60,274 nt of DNA from a virus (IMGVR_UViG_3300027976_000041:1-60274), one strand, 5' to 3'; shown: positions 30,721 to 39,545, counted from the stretch's first letter. Notes: generated by a model from the letters alone, not told the origin. Numbers and translations: made by a program.

Positions 30721-30728
30721 TATTTATA
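30721..30728 (-). promoter_or_regulatory. Late promoter TATAAATA for gp32
   Basis: Exact consensus upstream of a structured leader. Confidence 0.75.
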
Positions 30729-30752
30729 CGATGTATTCCGTATAAAATAAAC

Positions 30753-30929
30753 CTATTCTGTATCAGAGTACAGATCTTCTTCGTCGTTTAGAATACGATC
30801 GATTTCATCTTCATCATCGATGACATAATACCGCTTGTCGCGGATAACTTTACGGGTGTTTAAATTGTTATGCTCGTCGAGCTTTTCTTGACGATAATCG
30901 GGACCCCGATTAACGGGCTTATTTTTCAC
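30753..30929 (-). CDS. Hypothetical 58-aa protein (basic N-terminus, acidic C-terminus)
   Basis: Manual translation from GTG: MKNKPVNRGPDY...DEEDLYSDTE. Confidence 0.55.
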   Translation of the reverse strand: MKNKPVNRGPDYRQEKLDEHNNLNTRKVIRDKRYYVIDDEDEIDRILNDEEDLYSDTE

Positions 30930-31485
30930 ACTGTTTTTTCACTATTAGTTGAGCTATAAGTTCTGTGTTATATTTAACAAATCGTTTCAACTTGATTAAT
31001 TTTAACACACTTTCCTCGTGTCCAAAATAAACTTTGGCATCCCAATCAGCAAGAAATGGGATGACGGCATCTATTGCTACTGCAGTTTGTGGCATTATCT
31101 TACCGCCGACTATGAGTTTTAGGAGTTTTGGTAGAACATCGTCATGAAGATCGGTCGATAGGTCGAGCCCACCAAGATCGTCGGCTATCAACTTTGTTAG
31201 TGATTCCTTTTCTCGGATCCAGCGCTTGTAATTATCCCAGGCGTGGAGTGTAAAGGCTTCATCTGCTCTTGTATAGAGTAGATTAGATAAGAAGAACTCT
31301 ACCGCTTGATGCGGATTTTCAAACTTAACCGACATCATCTCATATAACATTTTATGATTAAGCTTCTTAAACATAATCTCATCGTCACCATAAAAACGTC
31401 CGTTATATTGGAATAGATCATACTTGCGAGTCGTAAAGTGCATCTTCAATGCACGATGCAATCTCCATACCTGAAAGCCGTTCAC
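30919..31485 (-). CDS. Helicase loader gp59
   Basis: GF.V......LK.HFT..KYD.F.YNG; gp33-gp59-gp32 synteny. Confidence 0.85.
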   Translation of the reverse strand: MNGFQVWRLHRALKMHFTTRKYDLFQYNGRFYGDDEIMFKKLNHKMLYEMMSVKFENPHQAVEFFLSNLLYTRADEAFTLHAWDNYKRWIREKESLTKLIADDLGGLDLSTDLHDDVLPKLLKLIVGGKIMPQTAVAIDAVIPFLADWDAKVYFGHEESVLKLIKLKRFVKYNTELIAQLIVKKQCEK

Positions 31486-31487
31486 GA

Positions 31488-31682
31488 CTATGCGCCCTGG
31501 TTATAACCAAATGTGGCTTTGGCTTTTGATATGAAGAAATCGGCAGAACGGATGGCGTCCTCAAGCTGAAACGCATTCCATATTTCACGTGACAAAGCTA
31601 GCTTAGCATCAGCAAGATATACAAGCGCTACACCAATAGCTGGTGTTGGTGGCGGATTTGTAATTGGTACTATTGGTCTCAT
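31488..31682 (-). CDS. Hypothetical protein
   Basis: ORF tightly packed between gp33 and gp59. Confidence 0.5.
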   Translation of the reverse strand: MRPIVPITNPPPTPAIGVALVYLADAKLALSREIWNAFQLEDAIRSADFFISKAKATFGYNQGA

Positions 31683-31984
31683 TAGAATCCCTCTAAGGTT
31701 GATCTTGAATCCATTAAACCCGTTTCGATCATTTCCTGCTCAATTTTGCCCTTCAAACTATTGTTGATGTGCTTGGCAATAGCATCGGGTTCGATGTCTT
31801 TTTCGTCACAGTATTTCAAGATGATATCGGTACATGTTTTATCCTGCTTAACCGCTTCACTTTCAATAAAGAGACTAAAATCGGTGGCAGATTTGAATAA
31901 GAAGTTATCGCTGAACTTAATATTAGCTAAAGCCATGACCTCAGCGGTCATAATAACAAATGGAGTTTCATTTTGTGTAGGCAT
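31682..31984 (-). CDS. Late transcription coactivator gp33
   Basis: FS..IE.......DIILKYC....IEP..IAK.I..SLK.KIE.E. Confidence 0.85.
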   Translation of the reverse strand: MPTQNETPFVIMTAEVMALANIKFSDNFLFKSATDFSLFIESEAVKQDKTCTDIILKYCDEKDIEPDAIAKHINNSLKGKIEQEMIETGLMDSRSTLEGF

Positions 31985-32279
31985 GGATAACTTTTTGGAG
32001 ACGAGTAATTTTAGCGTATTCCTCACACTGTATTTTGTGGAATTTATGGTATTTGTCAAATTTTTCTACATCTAATTTTTGTCCAAATTGATCGACGAAT
32101 CGATCACAGTTGTAGATGATTTGCGCTTTATAATCCTCCAGTTCGGCCATAACAGAGACTATGAAAGAAGTATCCTTATTACGGGAGTAGATAATATCTA
32201 ATTCCGTTTGTTTAAAATTGATCATGAGCCATACCTTCTTACGTAAAGCGGGATTATCCCAAAAAGAAACAGTCCGCAA
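31968..32279 (-). CDS. Hypothetical protein
   Basis: ORF in operon orientation; start uncertain. Confidence 0.5.
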   Translation of the reverse strand: MRTVSFWDNPALRKKVWLMINFKQTELDIIYSRNKDTSFIVSVMAELEDYKAQIIYNCDRFVDQFGQKLDVEKFDKYHKFHKIQCEEYAKITRLQKVIHAYTK

Positions 32280-32376
32280 AATTTATAGTGCGAACCAGAT
32301 GTGGCCCAAGTAGAATCTTTTGGCTTTTGGACCATCCATTCACGATAATAAAAGATAATATTTCTCCTAAATTAGA

Positions 32377-32538
32377 TTATGACTTTCTTTTAGACATCTT
32401 TATGCCAAAGAATAATGCGCCAACAAGGAATACAACAGGCCAGAAAAATAATGGCATCAGCACGATCCACCAGGACCATGCTATATAACCCATTAATTTC
32501 AATGTGATGAAGATAAGACCTAATATAGGTAAAGTCAT
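32377..32538 (-). CDS. Small membrane protein
   Basis: Manual translation MTLPILGLIFITLKLMGYIAWSWWIVLMP..., a common phage motif. Confidence 0.7.
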   Translation of the reverse strand: MTLPILGLIFITLKLMGYIAWSWWIVLMPLFFWPVVFLVGALFFGIKMSKRKS

Positions 32539-32678
32539 GATAGAAGTCCCTTAATAATTAATTCTATAACAAGATACCAGCCCCAAAATGGGATTATAAT
32601 GGCAAACGTTGTGCTCCAGAAGCCATTAGCTAAAACAATACCCGCGATCCAAATTATTATAAAGAAGATAGCTGTCAT
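32535..32678 (-). CDS. Small membrane protein
   Basis: Manual translation MTAIFFIIIWIAGIVLANGFWSTTFAIIIPFWGWYL...; ATGA overlaps at both ends. Confidence 0.65.
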   Translation of the reverse strand: MTAIFFIIIWIAGIVLANGFWSTTFAIIIPFWGWYLVIELIIKGLLS

Positions 32679-32809
32679 ATAGTTGCATTCAACCTATCGA
32701 TGAACCACCGACGTGCTACAGTGGCTATTGGGCCACCAAGTTTCTTGGGCTCAAACTGATTTTCCACAATTATATCCATTTCCTCTTTCATAATATTATT
32801 ATAACACAT
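32675..32809 (-). pseudogene. Relic C-terminal fragment of a second RNA ligase allele
   Basis: NIMKEEMDIIVENQFEPKKLGGPIATVARRWFIDRLN aligns by eye with the adjacent ligase end DIMKECSDLFVKSGISPKEVFPHVAKIARTYFIDRMN. Confidence 0.7.
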
Positions 32810-32831
32810 ACTGCAGGTTTCTCATTTACCC

Positions 32832-33887
32832 CTAAGAATTCATTCGATCTATAAAATAGGTTCTGGCGATTTTCGCTACGTGAGGGAATACTTCCTTTGG
32901 AGAAATACCGCTCTTGACAAAAAGATCTGAACACTCTTTCATAATATCTTGGTTGACGAACTTTAGATATGCGCCAAGATGGGTCATCTCCATGTTCCCG
33001 CCGTTCAATAGATTACATGCAGCTTCAATCCCCTGGTCAAGCCTCCAGGCTGGGGTAACACCATTAGCTAAGATGATCCTTTCGTTTATCGAATCAACAT
33101 CCACTAGTGCCAAGGTTTTTACCTTTGAATTGGCGTGGGCGGTACCTTTTATTTTGAACATGAAGTCAGAAGATTCGTAACCTGGTGTGATACATTTCCA
33201 TACAACACCTTCACCAACAGTCACGTCGGTTCCAAGCACGCGACCAAAGTGTTTACCAATCGGACATTCAACTTCAACTGCGTCAGTAATGGCAATCATT
33301 TCGTTCACTGCTCTACCGGAGTTTTCAAAGTCAATATCGATGTGGTATGATCCGAAGTCCAAGATATTATAGATATTGTGCTCGGGTTCAGCAATATTAC
33401 CGACAGCCGCCATATCCATCCAAGTATGGGTTTCACCTTTGATAACCTTGATACCGAAGATGATAAACATCTTAGCAAGACCGTTGATTGATACGCCCTT
33501 TTGAATAGACCCACCGCACCACTCCCCGTAAATAGCAATCTTTTCAGGATATACAACATCACTTAGCGCATGAATATGTGTGAAGATAGAGAACAGTGCA
33601 GCTTCCTTACTCATCATATACAGCATGAATCCGGCGTTATCGGAAGTCAGTTCTAAAACACGTTCACGAGATTGATATTGAAGCGTGCTACTTGCAATGT
33701 CATAGATAATACCGCCGTTGGAACCGTGTGCTTTCGTGGTTCCTCGGAAAGTCAGTGTCGGCATCTTCGCGGTACGGTCAAACACGTTATCGCCGTTTTC
33801 ATCAAGCGAACGCCATTGTACTTTAGCTTGAACAGCCTTAGCACAGTTACGAAATTGATCGATACTAGGAAACTTGTAAATTGTCAT
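32832..33887 (-). CDS. RNA ligase (Rnl2-like nucleotidyltransferase)
   Basis: KAHGSN motif I, QSR, YGEWCG..IQKGV, GEGVVW, FKIKG. Confidence 0.85.
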   Translation of the reverse strand: MTIYKFPSIDQFRNCAKAVQAKVQWRSLDENGDNVFDRTAKMPTLTFRGTTKAHGSNGGIIYDIASSTLQYQSRERVLELTSDNAGFMLYMMSKEAALFSIFTHIHALSDVVYPEKIAIYGEWCGGSIQKGVSINGLAKMFIIFGIKVIKGETHTWMDMAAVGNIAEPEHNIYNILDFGSYHIDIDFENSGRAVNEMIAITDAVEVECPIGKHFGRVLGTDVTVGEGVVWKCITPGYESSDFMFKIKGTAHANSKVKTLALVDVDSINERIILANGVTPAWRLDQGIEAACNLLNGGNMEMTHLGAYLKFVNQDIMKECSDLFVKSGISPKEVFPHVAKIARTYFIDRMNS

Positions 33888-34107
33888 AATCTGCTTCGTT
33901 AACCACCCACCCATCATTTCTGAGGGCTTCCCGACCCTCGACGGTTTCGAGTAATCGATTCATGGTATTGTGTAATTTTTGAATTTCGGTTTGGACATAC
34001 TCAATTGAGTTCAAATGCATGCACCATACTGGGCGGAAGCCAAGCAGGTCTTTATGGAAGTCAGAGAACCGCGTGCGCAGTTCTTCTAGTTCAGTTGATT
34101 CATTCAT
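33865..34107 (-). CDS. Hypothetical early protein
   Basis: SD GGAG; FSDFHKD..GFRP motif. Confidence 0.65.
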   Translation of the reverse strand: MNESTELEELRTRFSDFHKDLLGFRPVWCMHLNSIEYVQTEIQKLHNTMNRLLETVEGREALRNDGWVVNEADYDNLQVS

Positions 34108-34304
34108 TTTTTACTCCGTGTTGGCTCTGTGTTTGCCATCAGAACTGATAGCAGATGATTATAATCACCGGACTGACAGTCGTAAAGTACATTGGCGATG
34201 TCATTCTGAGACCAACCTTGCTGACGAGCTGCTCTTTGAAAAGCCCCCATCAGAGCGAATGCATTGCCGTCGAGACCGACGAGTTTGAGTTTAACTTTTT
34301 CCAT
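34104..34304 (-). CDS. Conserved small phage protein
   Basis: LVGLDGNAFALMG...SGDY.HLL motif. Confidence 0.7.
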   Translation of the reverse strand: MEKVKLKLVGLDGNAFALMGAFQRAARQQGWSQNDIANVLYDCQSGDYNHLLSVLMANTEPTRSKK

Positions 34305-34311
34305 TTTGAAC

Positions 34312-34566
34312 TTAGTAAGATTGAAATTTAACCGTGCTGTCGATACTGCATAATTCTTTAACACACAAATTTAAGCATTCTGCCTTGGCGCGAAGCGCCG
34401 TCCCGCGAATCTCACCATCGCAGGAAATATTTTCTGGGCTCATATCAGCTACCAAATGATCTGCAATTGACTGACGGTCGGCAGCATTCGAGAGGCTGTA
34501 CGGCGCGATCATAAAAAATTTGTGTAGGCGGTTTTTCTGCTCTACGTACATTTCTAGCGATTTCAT
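34312..34566 (-). CDS. Hypothetical early protein
   Basis: SPENISCDGE motif; SD and early promoter upstream. Confidence 0.7.
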   Translation of the reverse strand: MKSLEMYVEQKNRLHKFFMIAPYSLSNAADRQSIADHLVADMSPENISCDGEIRGTALRAKAECLNLCVKELCSIDSTVKFQSY

Positions 34567-34586
34567 TTCATTTCCTTTGTTGGTTT

Positions 34587-34616
34587 ATTATAACACAAAC
34601 AAGAATAAAAGTAAAC
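34587..34616 (-). promoter_or_regulatory. T4-type early promoter GTTTAC..TGTGTTATAAT
   Basis: 30-bp element identical to 35331-35360. Confidence 0.85.
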
Positions 34617-35008
34617 TATGTTTTGCTCACTTCGACGATGTGCTTGCAAGCACGTCGAAACTGGAATCCTGGGCAGCTGCATGTGTAGACGCCTCTGTTG
34701 CCAGTTACTGTATAAAATACACCCGACTTGGAGCCCGCAACCTTCACCGTCTTGAGCGATACCGTGACAGGCCGAAAGAAGCCGTTGATGAGTCTGATTT
34801 GCTCAACTGTGCTGATATCGATAACGCGAACTGGCGTATCGCCGTATCCGCTCAGGCAGAACTGACTATCAGTCATCCATTTATAAGACGGTAGAACTTC
34901 GCCGGTGTAATATTCTGTGGTATGGCGGGGTGGAATCATCGATGAGCCAAACGGGTAGCTCATCATTACTAGGACAGTCGAACCGACTGTAGGAATTTCG
35001 TTAATCAT
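34616..35008 (-). CDS. SWIM zinc-finger protein
   Basis: GSK...Y.V......CSCPGFQFRRACKH. Confidence 0.75.
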   Translation of the reverse strand: MINEIPTVGSTVLVMMSYPFGSSMIPPRHTTEYYTGEVLPSYKWMTDSQFCLSGYGDTPVRVIDISTVEQIRLINGFFRPVTVSLKTVKVAGSKSGVFYTVTGNRGVYTCSCPGFQFRRACKHIVEVSKT

Positions 35009-35309
35009 TGAAGATCGTCATTTCATAACCAGCCAGAATGGGCGTGTATTTGAGATCAAACTCCGTCATCACGGGCTTCAGGATCCAGCCTAGCTGGCAG
35101 CCTGGGCAATCACCGGTCACATACCACACGGTAACATTTCCTGTATTCTCGTTGCGAATGGCGATGCCGCGGTCGTATGCGTCGCCGTAGAGCCGGAGGA
35201 ATAAATCGTTAGTAGGAAAGTCGGAACGTTCGGCCGACAGGGTTTTGCGCTTAGAGTCGTGCGCAAACATCTTTGAATTCCATTCGACGAGAGGGAGAAA
35301 TTTTGCCAT
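35001..35309 (-). CDS. Hypothetical early protein
   Basis: AAGGA SD and early promoter upstream. Confidence 0.65.
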   Translation of the reverse strand: MAKFLPLVEWNSKMFAHDSKRKTLSAERSDFPTNDLFLRLYGDAYDRGIAIRNENTGNVTVWYVTGDCPGCQLGWILKPVMTEFDLKYTPILAGYEMTIFND

Positions 35310-35330
35310 TTTGTTTCCTTATATGAGTTT

Positions 35331-35360
35331 ATTATAACACAAACAAGAATAAAAGTAAAC
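35331..35360 (-). promoter_or_regulatory. T4-type early promoter
   Basis: GTTTACTTTTATTCTTGTTTGTGTTATAAT. Confidence 0.85.
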
Positions 35361-35364
35361 TACA

Positions 35365-35622
35365 TTATTTCGGCCCCCAAAGTTCTATCTTAAAGTATAT
35401 TTTCTTTGTTTCAAAGCTTTTTAACTTTGTCATAAAATTGACTTTGATATCAAGGAGTTCCATATTATCCCTGTCTTGAATTAGTCGATTGAGAAACTCA
35501 ACTTCACCCTTGGATAATTCTGTAACCTCAAAATAAAATTGTGGGAACTTCTTGAGTTTCCACAATGCACGATTCAGCGATGGCAACGTGCCGTAAGCTA
35601 TTTCCCAGCAGATATCTTTCAT
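35365..35622 (-). CDS. Hypothetical protein
   Basis: ATGA-coupled to the epimerase. Confidence 0.55.
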   Translation of the reverse strand: MKDICWEIAYGTLPSLNRALWKLKKFPQFYFEVTELSKGEVEFLNRLIQDRDNMELLDIKVNFMTKLKSFETKKIYFKIELWGPK

Positions 35623-36473
35623 ACAGTCTCCATAATTGTCTTAATGTAGCCACGAACATTTCGTTTAGCCGACCACCCTAGACTTTGCGTCTTATAAGTG
35701 GAAAGGGTCGCTTCCATACGATTGCCGGCACGGTGCGCCATCATCTCAATTTCACCGCCAAACATTTTTGCTATATCAAGTACAGAATATGTTTCTTCAG
35801 AGCCGATACTATATCCATCACCGATGCCATTTTGTCCAACCAATATTAAGCCATCAACAATATCATCCACGTGGGTAAAGTTACGAAGCTGTGAACCCGG
35901 CGAAGTTATCGTCAGGGCTTTGCCATTTTTTGCTAGTCGAGCAAACTTTGCTATCAGCGTGGCATATTTGCCATCGGCGATCTCATTTTTCCCGTAGACA
36001 TTGTAGAAGTAGGTGATAGCATAATCAAGACCAAACCATATCCCATAATTCTTTACGAGCTCAGTGTTCTTTGCTTTCGTGAATGCATAGGGCGAACTGT
36101 CGGCACCGATATCACCAAATTTGGTAGAGGAACCTGCGTAGATAAGTTTGGCTTTTTTCGACCGAGCGAATTCAAGAACTTCAAAAGACCCTGTCGAATT
36201 AGATTCCCATACTTGCCGTATATCATCGAATGACTGTTCGACTCGAGGATATTCACCAAGATGGTAAATAGAGGTCGGCTTAAAATCAAGTTCAAAAATA
36301 TCGGCTGTATGCATATCATGATAGCTCACACCGGGTACGTGATTCGATCGAGAACCGGTACTATAATTATCAACTGATACCACGTTATGGCCAGTTTTCA
36401 CTAGTCGTTCACATAAATTACTACCAATAAAGCCTGCTCCGCCAGTTATTAGAATGTTCGTTCGTTCGTCCAT
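35619..36473 (-). CDS. NAD-dependent nucleotide-sugar epimerase/dehydratase (extended SDR)
   Basis: TGGAGFIGS, YAFTK (YxxxK), YFYNVYG, RNFTHVDD. Confidence 0.9.
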   Translation of the reverse strand: MDERTNILITGGAGFIGSNLCERLVKTGHNVVSVDNYSTGSRSNHVPGVSYHDMHTADIFELDFKPTSIYHLGEYPRVEQSFDDIRQVWESNSTGSFEVLEFARSKKAKLIYAGSSTKFGDIGADSSPYAFTKAKNTELVKNYGIWFGLDYAITYFYNVYGKNEIADGKYATLIAKFARLAKNGKALTITSPGSQLRNFTHVDDIVDGLILVGQNGIGDGYSIGSEETYSVLDIAKMFGGEIEMMAHRAGNRMEATLSTYKTQSLGWSAKRNVRGYIKTIMETV

Positions 36474-36490
36474 AATCGCCTAAAAATTAA

Positions 36491-36526
36491 ATTATAACAC
36501 CACTTCGGTAAAATAGAAATAAACTA
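36491..36526 (-). promoter_or_regulatory. Promoter: extended -10 plus upstream TAGTTTATTTCT box
   Basis: TGTTATAAT; same box and spacing as 39510-39545. Confidence 0.6.
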
Positions 36527-36590
36527 CCGTTCTTCATACATTCCAATCGCGGAAAACCGTTCTTTCAGTTCAACGAGTTCTAAGTCATGA

Positions 36591-37418
36591 TTATAGTTTC
36601 ACGTGTTGAGCTATCTCTCTTTCTAAAAGATTTGAATACCCACCACGAATGATCTTATTCACTCGAATTACTTCATCTAAAATGGTGAGTTTACAATCTG
36701 AAAAGTGAGAAAATGCTGCTGTATCTTTGAGGAAACAACTGCCTCCGGCTCCATACCGACCATCATTACCTGGAACCATTGTGTGACCGGGCGCAATTCG
36801 CGGGTCTGTCGTTACTGCTTCGCGAACGGTATTATAATCGGCGCCATACTTCGAACACAATGCTTCTATCTGATTGAAGAATAAAACCTTAGCCGTCAAA
36901 AATGAGTTCATCGTATACTTTACAAATGAGGCTTCAACAGCACTCATGTGGAAACGCGGCGCATCATTGTTACAGATTGACGCGTGGATGTATAACAGCT
37001 CCAGTTTCCTGGTCTGTTCAAGTTCACCACCGAATACATGCATAATTGGCCACTCGAAATCTCGTAATGCGTTACGTTCTGTTAAAAATTCTGGGTTATA
37101 GATAAAGTTCGTATAACGTACAGCTAATTTCTCAACGATATCGGGTACTACTGTGGATTTAAGAACCAGAAGAGTTTCCAAATATCTCAATTCAAACAAA
37201 ACCTTTTCAACAATAGATGCGTCAATTACACCATCACTCCCCATAGGAGTTGGAACACAAATAAAAATGGCGTCAAATTTCTCTTTGGTTTGAACCATAT
37301 CTGCGGTTGATGTTCCTAATAACGGGTCAGCTATTATTAAATTACAACCTTGAAACCCATGTGCTACAGCTCGTCCAACGAAGCCGTATCCAATTATTCC
37401 AATATTTGCTTTTTTCAT
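36591..37418 (-). CDS. UDP-glucose/GDP-mannose 6-dehydrogenase family (no C-terminal UDP-binding domain)
   Basis: GYGFVG, ICVPTP, KSTV.P, NPEFL, K...NSFL, GG.C..KD. Confidence 0.9.
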   Translation of the reverse strand: MKKANIGIIGYGFVGRAVAHGFQGCNLIIADPLLGTSTADMVQTKEKFDAIFICVPTPMGSDGVIDASIVEKVLFELRYLETLLVLKSTVVPDIVEKLAVRYTNFIYNPEFLTERNALRDFEWPIMHVFGGELEQTRKLELLYIHASICNNDAPRFHMSAVEASFVKYTMNSFLTAKVLFFNQIEALCSKYGADYNTVREAVTTDPRIAPGHTMVPGNDGRYGAGGSCFLKDTAAFSHFSDCKLTILDEVIRVNKIIRGGYSNLLEREIAQHVKL

Positions 37419-37464
37419 GTTGTTCCTAAAAATTCTGACAGGGGTTCGTTAACTGACTTTACCT

Positions 37465-38034
37465 TCACTCGCATGAATATGTGTCGAACTGACGTTTCAA
37501 GTCAGTTGGGGCAATCATATCCCAGTTGTTCGTGTGCGACTGTTCTTTGAATATCAAATGGTTTGTTGGCAACACTGCGAGACGATCATTTTTAAGTTTG
37601 ACGAAACTGAACTCTTTGGCTTGCTCTGGGTACAAAGAAAAACTATCACTCACCGGGGCAACTGTAAATAGGTAAGTCCCCGGTATTGTACGTTTATTGC
37701 CGTGCACGTCAATGCGTGCAGCGATTTCCAAATCCGACAAATATTCATATCGAATCGTCGAAAATCTTTCGCCGTAGCAGTTCCAAGCCTGCGCATCTTT
37801 CGGAGTCCACAAAGGTTCAGGAGTTTTTGAGAATGCCAAGGCGTGTACGGGGACATTGCGGTAGACCGCGCCGGATTTGAGCAGCACCGTGCAACCCCAG
37901 ACGCGACCTCGCATCGAAACCAGACCGTACCAAACAGCCTCTATAAATCCAATAGGTTGTGTGTGCGTGAACGTGGTATCGACAAAAATATATTGATGTT
38001 TAGGCAGCTCGCCTACAAGGGTGTAATCTGACAT
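37465..38034 (-). CDS. Hypothetical protein flanked by direct repeats
   Basis: 189-aa ORF; GAVYRNVP.HA and WNCY motifs. Confidence 0.7.
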   Translation of the reverse strand: MSDYTLVGELPKHQYIFVDTTFTHTQPIGFIEAVWYGLVSMRGRVWGCTVLLKSGAVYRNVPVHALAFSKTPEPLWTPKDAQAWNCYGERFSTIRYEYLSDLEIAARIDVHGNKRTIPGTYLFTVAPVSDSFSLYPEQAKEFSFVKLKNDRLAVLPTNHLIFKEQSHTNNWDMIAPTDLKRQFDTYSCE

Positions 38035-38042
38035 TGTTGTTT

Positions 38043-38273
38043 CTAAAAAAATTCTAACAGGGGTTCGTTAACCGCACTGTCGATAGACCATTTTAATTTT
38101 GTCACGGAATGCTTCTTCATAGCCTTCAGGTGTGGTGTACCAAGCAAATCTGCGAACTTTGCCAGATCAGTCTTATTACGAATCCGCACCATAATAAAGC
38201 GACCTTCGCCGCGTGACATTCGTTCAACTTCCGGAGACGGTTTTGTAAAATCTTCGGGTTCGTTATATAGCAT
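38043..38273 (-). CDS. Small protein associated with the glycosyltransferase
   Basis: V.I....DL.KFA.L.G pattern, similar to the neighbouring ORF. Confidence 0.6.
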   Translation of the reverse strand: MLYNEPEDFTKPSPEVERMSRGEGRFIMVRIRNKTDLAKFADLLGTPHLKAMKKHSVTKLKWSIDSAVNEPLLEFF

Positions 38274-38275
38274 AT

Positions 38276-38542
38276 TTAGTCCTCTTCAATCCACACAAAT
38301 AATGCATTTGAACCACGTTCCCCAGGGTCCAGGCGGGGAAACCATATTGACTTGGCGCTTCTGATACCGTTCTCTAGGATACTCTCGATCCCTGTCAGTT
38401 CGCAAAACTTTTTCATATCTGCTTCTGTTTGCATGCAAACTTCTACAACATAGGGCGCCTCAAATGCTTCTTGTTCATATGGGGGAAACCCAAGATAACC
38501 AATACGGTTTATTGTTTTGGCTCCAAAAAATTCTGTCGTCAT
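38276..38542 (-). CDS. Small protein associated with the glycosyltransferase
   Basis: GFPPYEQE...V.......D..KF..L.G....KSIWFP; ATGA-coupled to the GT. Confidence 0.65.
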   Translation of the reverse strand: MTTEFFGAKTINRIGYLGFPPYEQEAFEAPYVVEVCMQTEADMKKFCELTGIESILENGIRSAKSIWFPRLDPGERGSNALFVWIEED

Positions 38543-39477
38543 TCTAACTCCATTCGCACTTCGGTCATTGTTGTATTCGTATAAGATCCACAAATATTCT
38601 TTGGGTTATTCAACTTAACCAACTTAAGTTTAGTATCATATTCATCGGGCCAGGTGCAACCATCTTTCAAGATAAGCCTATTATTCTTTTGAAAATGCGA
38701 ATAATCTACCTGGTGATGGTGTCGCCCCCATTTAGTAGTTAGCTCAACACAATCTGGATGCGCGCGATGCAGAGATGCAGCAAATGAATATCGGTTATCG
38801 AAATCCTTCTTATCACCAATCTTATAGATAGCCTCAGTATTTCCACCCTTCATCTGATTGGTTGCAGCTTTACCAACAGCGAATGAATTCAATAAAATTG
38901 TGCAATAGCCTTTTTTTAAGAGCTGAAGGGATAAATCTGTATCTTCATTGAATGGTGCGGGTTTGTTATCCCATTCAAGAACTCGCCAACGTTCAGAAAT
39001 GGAGTTATCCAAGAGGATACACGAGTAGATTCTCGTGTTATAATAAGCGGGCTCCTTTTTAACGAATGATGGGCAGAAGAAGTGATAGTTCAGACCGCTC
39101 ATTTTTACATTAGTAAAGCGATCCGTATAATCTTCTAATACTCGAAATGGTACAGATGATCTAACACGCAATTTAGTATTTTGGTGGATACGATATAGAT
39201 ATCTAAAGTTATCGTCGCACACCCAATGCCGCTTGTGCCCTTCGGCTATAGAATGTTCCCAGATCCAATTGCGAGCGGGGATGCCACCAAGCCCAAGATT
39301 TTTGAATGGTAGTACCAGAATCTTCTTTGGATTGATGACTGAGGCATATTTGTCGTATTCTTGTTCTTCGATTACGATTCTATAATCCATGTCGTTTTCT
39401 TCGAATGTTTTTGACGTCATTCGAGATTCCCATCTGCCCTTTGAGAGGATGTAGATAGGGTAGCGGGTTTGCTTCAT
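38539..39477 (-). CDS. GT-A fold glycosyltransferase, TET-associated (TAGT)/GREB1-like
   Basis: YPIYI.SKGR, E.QEY..Y, G.IPARNW.W.HS...G..RHW..DDN, TRIYSC.L, NEDTDLSL, MKGGNT, GR.HH.VDY. Confidence 0.8.
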   Translation of the reverse strand: MKQTRYPIYILSKGRWESRMTSKTFEENDMDYRIVIEEQEYDKYASVINPKKILVLPFKNLGLGGIPARNWIWEHSIAEGHKRHWVCDDNFRYLYRIHQNTKLRVRSSVPFRVLEDYTDRFTNVKMSGLNYHFFCPSFVKKEPAYYNTRIYSCILLDNSISERWRVLEWDNKPAPFNEDTDLSLQLLKKGYCTILLNSFAVGKAATNQMKGGNTEAIYKIGDKKDFDNRYSFAASLHRAHPDCVELTTKWGRHHHQVDYSHFQKNNRLILKDGCTWPDEYDTKLKLVKLNNPKNICGSYTNTTMTEVRMELE

Positions 39478-39509
39478 TTAATCTTTCGCGTTGTTCATTG
39501 TATAGTTTA

Positions 39510-39545
39510 ATTATAACTTATCTTTGGGAAACCAGAAATAAACTA
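39510..39545 (-). promoter_or_regulatory. Promoter: TATAAT plus upstream TAGTTTATTTCT box
   Basis: Same box and spacing as 36491-36526. Confidence 0.6.
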
